Source of the DNA: an uncultured Bacteroidia bacterium
Lineage (GTDB): Bacteria; Bacteroidota; Bacteroidia; Palsa-948
Length of the DNA stretch: 64,000 nt
Reading direction: 5' to 3'
NCBI GenBank assembly: GCA_964481195.1
Contig: CAYZTB010000002.1
Location: 66,214-130,213 of the forward strand
Shown: positions 58,724 to 64,000 of the stretch, piece by piece
How the letters are laid out: every line of letters starts with the position of its first letter
Position numbering within the stretch: the stretch's first letter is position 1
Position numbers and translations under genes: made by a program
The notes under the pieces: generated by a model
Seen by the model: only the letters and a program-made list of their open reading frames with translations
Told to the model about the DNA's origin: nothing
Database searches by the model: none

Positions 58724-59653
58724 TTATCTGTCTTTATCTTCTATAGGAGCATCTCCAACGTATTTGCCCGCTTTGTACACAGCAATGCGTTCTAAAATAC
58801 CATCTGAATTATAAACGTAATCTTTTCCGTCAATCAATCGGAAGTTTTTAAACTCACCATCTTTAGAAACCCTAGCTCCTGCAACAAACAATTTAGCATA
58901 TCCATTTCCATCAAATGGCTTATGTGCTGCATTGGCTTTTTCTTTTGAAGCATCTACAATTTTAGGAGGTTCTTTTGAAGCAACTTCTTTTTTCTCAGGA
59001 AGTGGTTTTTTGGGAGCATACACCTCTGTGTTAGCTGCGTCTAAAGCACCATCGTTAAAAGCTTTTTTGGCGCGTAAATCTCCATTTTCGTATCGTTCTT
59101 CCCAAACTCCAGCTTCTTTTCCGTTATACATTTCGCCCTTCATCATTATTTGACCATTCTCGTAAAAATATTTTTGTTCACCTTCGCGTTTCCCAGTTGC
59201 AGTGTATTTAAAATCATAAAATGTTTGTCCATTTTCATAATATGACTTGTAATCTCCTACCCAGCGGTTATTCTCCCAATTTCCTTCTTCTTGAAGGTTT
59301 CCATTTTCGTAGTACATCTTGGCATATCCACTAGGGCGATTATTTGTGTAAGTAATTTCACTTTTAATGGTTCCATTTGGGAAAAACATTTTCCAAATTC
59401 CCATCTTTTTACTATCCGCAAATTTGCCCTCCTCAACTTTAGCTTCCATGGGATAGTTAGGTAGTTTTTTTACGCTATTTAGCACTATCCAATATCCTTG
59501 CTTTAAGCCAGAGGATGCGTCAACCTGATTCAATGTATCGCTATTGGTAGATTGCGCTACAGCAGTTTGACAAATAAGGATGAAGAGTAAGAGTTTCTTC
59601 ATAAAGTTTCTTTTTGAGTTATAAAGTAAATGTAGGGGAAATACAGAGTTCAT
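58724..59653 (-). CDS. MORN-repeat (YwqK-like) secreted protein.
   Basis: Signal peptide plus repeated …YYENG…G.W…YY.NGQ… units. Confidence 0.55.
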   Translation of the reverse strand: MNSVFPLHLLYNSKRNFMKKLLLFILICQTAVAQSTNSDTLNQVDASSGLKQGYWIVLNSVKKLPNYPMEAKVEEGKFADSKKMGIWKMFFPNGTIKSEITYTNNRPSGYAKMYYENGNLQEEGNWENNRWVGDYKSYYENGQTFYDFKYTATGKREGEQKYFYENGQIMMKGEMYNGKEAGVWEERYENGDLRAKKAFNDGALDAANTEVYAPKKPLPEKKEVASKEPPKIVDASKEKANAAHKPFDGNGYAKLFVAGARVSKDGEFKNFRLIDGKDYVYNSDGILERIAVYKAGKYVGDAPIEDKDR

Positions 59654-59755
59654 ACGCTTAATAAATTGACTTTTAGACGAGTGATAGGTTTTTAACGATG
59701 TGTGGCTTAGTTTCTTCGTCAGATTTTATGGTTTTTATAAAATAAAACTTCTGTT

Positions 59756-60697
59756 TTATTGTTTTCGTAGGTTTTTTAGCATATCGCTAACAAGTTCAGG
59801 CAAGGTATATTTAGCATTCCAACCCCAATCTTTTTTAGCTTCAGAGTCATTAATATTGTTTGGCCAAGAGTCTGCAATGGCTTGTCTAAAATCTGGCTTA
59901 TAGCTAATTCTAAAATCTGGTATATGCTTTTTAATTTCCTGTGCTATTTCTTTAGGAGTAAAGCTGACTGCGCCAACATTATAGGAAGAGCGAATCTTTA
60001 TTTTATTGATATCAGATTCCATCAGCCCCAAAGTAGCGTTAATAGCATCGGGCATATACATCATAGGCAGCGATGTGTTTTCAGAAAGGAAACATTCGTA
60101 GCTACCCTTTTCTAAAGCTTGGTAAAAAATATCAACTGCATAATCAGTGGTGCCACCTCCAGGAAGGGATTTATAACTTATTAATCCGGGATATCTTAAG
60201 CTGCGTACATCTACATTATATTTCAAATGGTAATATTCGCACCATCTTTCTCCAGCCAATTTGCTAATACCATATACTGTCGAAGGTTCCATAACTGTAA
60301 ATTGCGGCACATTTTCGCTAGGAGTAGTGGGGCCAAATACAGCAATAGAACTAGGCCAATAAACTTTTTTAATTTTTTTTTCTTTGGCAAGTTCTAAGAC
60401 GCTGAATAAGCTATTCATGTTTAGCTTCCAGGCAAAATGCGGATTTTTTTCAGCGGTAGCTGATAAAAGTGCTGCTAGTAAATAAACTTGTGTAATGTTA
60501 TGCTTGGCAATGATTTCGGAAAGTCTTTTCTCATCTAATACATCCAGCTCTTCAAAGACTCCTAAAAAGGTGGATGATTTTTTTAAATCCGATGCAATTA
60601 CGTTTTCCGTACCATATATTTCACCTAATTTCTCAGTGAGTTCAGTTCCAATTTGCCCGGACGAGCCAATAACAAGTATCTTTTCTTTTGCTTGCAT
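59756..60697 (-). CDS. tdh: NAD-dependent epimerase/dehydratase-fold L-threonine 3-dehydrogenase.
   Basis: N-terminal ILVIGSSGQIGTELTEKLGEIYGTENVIASDL resembles SDR-type TDH enzymes. YxxxK catalytic region. Confidence 0.65.
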   Translation of the reverse strand: MQAKEKILVIGSSGQIGTELTEKLGEIYGTENVIASDLKKSSTFLGVFEELDVLDEKRLSEIIAKHNITQVYLLAALLSATAEKNPHFAWKLNMNSLFSVLELAKEKKIKKVYWPSSIAVFGPTTPSENVPQFTVMEPSTVYGISKLAGERWCEYYHLKYNVDVRSLRYPGLISYKSLPGGGTTDYAVDIFYQALEKGSYECFLSENTSLPMMYMPDAINATLGLMESDINKIKIRSSYNVGAVSFTPKEIAQEIKKHIPDFRISYKPDFRQAIADSWPNNINDSEAKKDWGWNAKYTLPELVSDMLKNLRKQ

Positions 60698-60830
60698 ACA
60701 ATTAAGCTGCTAAAGTATAAAAATCCTAATTTTGGAGTGTTATTTAGACATTAATAATCAATTGCTTGTTTGTTCTAATGCACTCAGATGTAATATGATA
60801 AAGCCACAAAAGTTCCCAAGCAGGAAAGAA

Positions 60831-61826
60831 ATGATTAAGCGTTTGCATGAGGAGACTTTTAATCGAGTCACACTTTCTTTCTATAGGTATGTAATTATTG
60901 AGGATCCTCTGGTATTGAGGGACGAACTATTTAAAAGTTGGACATCGTTAAATATTTTTGGCAGAATATACTTGGCGCATGAAGGGATTAACGCACAAAT
61001 GAGTGTGCCTGAACATAATTTTGAAGAGTTTAAGGCAGCTTTATATCAGGATAAACATTTTAAAGAAGTCCCATTTAAAATTGCAGTAGAAGATAATGGC
61101 AAATCTTTTTACAAACTAATTGTTAGAACTAGAAATAAAATTGTAGCGGATGGGCTACCAGAGAACACTTTTGATGTAACCAATGTTGGCACTCATTTAA
61201 CTGCTGAAGAGTGGAATGAGGCCATGAAAAAAGAAGATACTATTGTAGTTGACATGCGTAACTTTTATGAAAGTGAAGTAGGGCATTTTGAAAAGGCCAT
61301 TTGCCCCCAGGCTCATAGTTTTCGACAGGAATTACCTATGGTAAAAGATATATTGAAAGGCAAGGAAGAAGAAAAGATATTATTGTATTGCACAGGTGGA
61401 ATCCGATGCGAAAAAGCTAGCGCATTTTTAAAGCATCATGGTTTTAAAGATGTAAACCAATTGCATGGAGGTATAATTGAGTATGCGCGCCAGATAAAAG
61501 CGAAAGGACTTAAATCAAAGTTTAAGGGAAAAAACTTTGTCTTTGACGAACGAATGGGAGAGCGTATTACGGACGATGTAATTGCAAATTGTTATCAATG
61601 TGGCAACTCTTCAGATCATCATTTAAATTGCGCTAACGATGCTTGCCACCTTCTTTTTATTCAATGCCAATCTTGTAAAGAAAAATACGAGGCTTGTTGC
61701 TCGGATGAATGTCAGCGTATTTATCATCTACCTAAAGAAGAGCGCTTGAAATACCAGCGCGAAACTGCTAAGAATGTTCCGGAATCTGTTTTCAAAAGCA
61801 GAATGAGGGCCCAAAAAATTACCTGA
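60831..61826 (+). CDS. trhO: Rhodanese-domain tRNA uridine(34) hydroxylase (TrhO/YceA family).
   Basis: …LSFYRY…, the rhodanese active-site [11 protein letters not shown], and a C-terminal Cys-rich tail. The upstream in-frame ATGs at 60732 and 60795 are alternative starts. Confidence 0.7.
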   Translation: MIKRLHEETFNRVTLSFYRYVIIEDPLVLRDELFKSWTSLNIFGRIYLAHEGINAQMSVPEHNFEEFKAALYQDKHFKEVPFKIAVEDNGKSFYKLIVRTRNKIVADGLPENTFDVTNVGTHLTAEEWNEAMKKEDTIVVDMRNFYESEVGHFEKAICPQAHSFRQELPMVKDILKGKEEEKILLYCTGGIRCEKASAFLKHHGFKDVNQLHGGIIEYARQIKAKGLKSKFKGKNFVFDERMGERITDDVIANCYQCGNSSDHHLNCANDACHLLFIQCQSCKEKYEACCSDECQRIYHLPKEERLKYQRETAKNVPESVFKSRMRAQKIT

Positions 61827-61963
61827 TGGAGCGTTATGTCTCAGGCCTCAATTCTTTTATTAAACTAAGCTGATTGTATAATCTCTTTGTGAGATACAAC
61901 CTGATCTTTATCATATCCCTTTTGACAATTCCATGACAGTTTAGCACTCTTCATTAATGAAAT

Positions 61964-63211
61964 TTGCATAGACCGAAATACTTGATAGTGAACAATTTCA
62001 AAAGCATAGCCGTTACGCATAAACATTTCGATATCAGCGATATTGGGAAATTCCATATTGATGAAAAAGAATGGAATGACCGTTTATCTACATTGAAAAA
62101 AAATAATGATATTGATGAGTTAATGTTTTTGTCTACCTGCAATCGTGTAGAGTTTCTACTGAACACCAACCGTACGTTAGACAAAGAGTTTTTAAATAAA
62201 TTTATTCAATCGGTTTACCCAGAACTAAAAACCGAAGATCTTGAAAAAACATCTGCAACAGCAAAAACTTTTGAAGGCGATGAGGCATTGAAGCACTTGT
62301 TTTGTGTTGCATCATCTCTTGATTCATTGGTTGTTGGGGAGCGTGAAATCATCACTCAAGTTCGAAACTCTTACGACTTATGCAAGAAGCTAACTCTTAC
62401 AGGTGATTTGCTTCGCTTAGTAATTCAAAAAACAATTGAATGCGCTAAGCAGGTGTACACGCATACTAATATTTCAAAAAATCCTGTTTCGGTCGTTTCC
62501 TTAGCATACAGAAAACTTAAAGAGCTAAATGTTCCAATTGATGCTAAAATATTAATTGTTGGTTCTGGCGTAACAAACTCAACCATGGCAAAATATTTAA
62601 AGAAGCACGGTTTTAAAAATTTTGCTGTCTTTAATAGAACGCTTTCTAATGCAGAAAAACTTGCAGTTGATTTAAAAGGTGCAGCGCATTCTCTTCCTGA
62701 ATTGATAAACTACAAAAATGGATTTGACGTCATAGTTACATGTACCGGCTCTTCAGAGCCCGTTATTACAAAAACTATTTATTCATCCCTAGTAGGAAAC
62801 GATACTTCTAAAAAAATAGTAATTGACTTAGCAGTGCCCAATGATTTAGATGATGAAATATTGAAGAACTACGATGTAAATCTTATTGCAGTAAATAATT
62901 TACAAGAGATCGCAAAAAAGAATCTTTCTGAAAGAGAAAAAGAACTATCGGCCTGTGAAAAAATTATTGATTTAAACATAGTAGAATTCAGAAAAGAACT
63001 AAAAGAAAGAAAAGTGGAGCTTGCAATGAGTGCCGTTCCAAAAAAAGTAAGAGAGATTCGAGAAATTGCCGTGAATGAAGTTTTTGCTCGCGACATAGAA
63101 AAACTAGACGCAGGCTCAAAAGAAACGCTAGACAAAATAATTAACTATCTAGAAAAAAAATACATAAGCGTGCCCATGAAAATGGCAAGGGAGATTATGA
63201 TGGAGAAGTAA
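61964..63211 (+). CDS. hemA: Glutamyl-tRNA reductase.
   Basis: LSTCNRVEF catalytic Cys motif and an NADPH Rossmann GSGVTNSTMAKYL. Confidence 0.9.
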   Translation: MHRPKYLIVNNFKSIAVTHKHFDISDIGKFHIDEKEWNDRLSTLKKNNDIDELMFLSTCNRVEFLLNTNRTLDKEFLNKFIQSVYPELKTEDLEKTSATAKTFEGDEALKHLFCVASSLDSLVVGEREIITQVRNSYDLCKKLTLTGDLLRLVIQKTIECAKQVYTHTNISKNPVSVVSLAYRKLKELNVPIDAKILIVGSGVTNSTMAKYLKKHGFKNFAVFNRTLSNAEKLAVDLKGAAHSLPELINYKNGFDVIVTCTGSSEPVITKTIYSSLVGNDTSKKIVIDLAVPNDLDDEILKNYDVNLIAVNNLQEIAKKNLSEREKELSACEKIIDLNIVEFRKELKERKVELAMSAVPKKVREIREIAVNEVFARDIEKLDAGSKETLDKIINYLEKKYISVPMKMAREIMMEK

Positions 63212-63262
63212 CACCCCCTCCCGAGCTTCGCTCCCTGCCTCCGGCAGTCCCGAAGGGGGAGA
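63212..63262. repeat. GC-rich palindromic mini-element (copy B) in the hemA–hemC spacer.
   Basis: caccccctcccgagcttcgctccctgcctccggcagtcccgaagggggagag shares the gcctccggca…agggg(g)agag core with copy C. Confidence 0.55.
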
Positions 63263-63272
63263 GATTATTCCA

Positions 63273-64000
63273 ATGGATTCAAAGAAAAAAAAATCAGTAA
63301 AGTTTTCGTCCTCCGCCTCCGGCACTCTCCCTTTAGGGGAGAGCGGGGAGAAGGGTGGTAAAATTACAATCGGAAGTAGAGGTAGCGACCTAGCCCTTTG
63401 GCAGGCAAATTTTGTTTTACGAGAACTAAAAAAAATAAATATTCGAGCAGAAATAAAAATTATTAAAACTCAGGGTGATATTGCTCAAAATTTAAGTTGG
63501 GACAAATTAGAGGGCAAAGGTTTCTTTACCAAAGAGATTGAAGATGCGTTATTGAAAAAGGAAATTGACTTAGCGGTACACTCCCACAAAGATTTGCCAA
63601 CAGATCCTGTGCCGGGATTAATTATTGCAGCAGTTTCGGAAAGAGAAGACCCAAGCGAACTTTTGCTAATCAATAAAAATGCAGTAGATAAAAATGAATT
63701 ATTCTCATTGAAGAAAGGAGCATTGGTTGGCACTTCTTCGGCTCGCAGAAAATCACAAATGTTGGCTTGGCGACCGGATGTTAAATTGCAGGATTTGCGT
63801 GGGAATGTGCCTACAAGAATAAAAAAACTAAGGGATACAAATTATGACGCCATATTACTTGCCAATGCAGGAGTAACTCGTTTAAAAATCAATTTGAGTG
63901 AATTTCATTCCGAAATATTAGACCCAAACGAATTTATCCCCGCACCGGCACAAGGAGTTTTGGCATTGCAAATAAGGAACCCCTCTCCAGCTCTCCCCAA
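63273..64000 (+). CDS. hemC: Hydroxymethylbilane synthase (porphobilinogen deaminase); partial, runs off the window end.
   Basis: …KITIGSRGSDLALWQANFV…AVHSHKDLPT… matches the HemC N-terminal domain. The only in-frame ATG gives a 29-aa GC-encoded N-terminal extension. Confidence 0.85.
   Translation, partial: MDSKKKKSVKFSSSASGTLPLGESGEKGGKITIGSRGSDLALWQANFVLRELKKINIRAEIKIIKTQGDIAQNLSWDKLEGKGFFTKEIEDALLKKEIDLAVHSHKDLPTDPVPGLIIAAVSEREDPSELLLINKNAVDKNELFSLKKGALVGTSSARRKSQMLAWRPDVKLQDLRGNVPTRIKKLRDTNYDAILLANAGVTRLKINLSEFHSEILDPNEFIPAPAQGVLALQIRNPSPALP
63308..63358. repeat. GC-rich palindromic mini-element (copy C), in frame in the 5′ end of hemC.
   Basis: cctccgcctccggcactctccctttaggggagagcggggagaagggtgg forms the hairpin CTCTCCC-TTTAG-GGGAGAG. 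It encodes SSASGTLPLGESGEKGG. Confidence 0.55.
63978..64000. repeat. Probable further copy (D) of the GC-rich element, in frame in hemC, truncated by the window edge.
   Basis: aacccctctccagctctcccc carries the cccctctcc / ctctcccc cores. It encodes NPSPALP within the HemC domain. Confidence 0.35.

Noticed and set aside
1-64000. Mobile elements, CRISPR, restriction-modification or toxin-antitoxin systems.
   Set aside because: No transposase or integrase motifs, no repeat-spacer arrays, and no methyltransferase/endonuclease pairs were seen. The MORN/YwqK-like protein has no adjacent toxin partner.

Overview
This window is a low-GC Bacteroidetes chromosomal segment (Sphingobacteriia/Cytophagia-like). 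It is dense in housekeeping genes: a tetR–tolC–MFP efflux operon, asnS, rpoN, a complete Bacteroidetes-style arginine biosynthesis cluster, tRNA-Met(CAT), the nusA–infB operon, hemL, kynureninase, a fused BCKDH-type E1 alpha/beta, cysS and hemA–hemC. Three accessory islands interrupt it. The first (about 22.1–25.3 kb) holds a Lys-rich tandem-repeat secreted protein and small membrane proteins. The second (about 36.0–46.2 kb) is a T9SS cargo locus with a metzincin protease carrying a type-A CTD, a PorP/SprF protein, and a 2,442-aa SprB-repeat adhesin with a type-B gliding CTD. The third (about 49.7–56.3 kb) holds a bacterial alpha-2-macroglobulin with a CFEQ thioester motif, divergent from an ECF sigma/anti-sigma pair. 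The most unusual signal is a family of short GC-rich palindromic mini-repeats (CTCTCCC…GGGAGAG / GCCTCCGGCA cores). One copy sits in frame in the linker of the fused E1 alpha/beta gene; one lies in the hemA–hemC spacer; one sits in frame in the 5′ end of hemC, and a probable fourth copy lies in frame further into hemC at the window edge. This is reminiscent of Rickettsia palindromic elements. No CRISPR arrays, transposases, integrases or obvious defence systems were seen.
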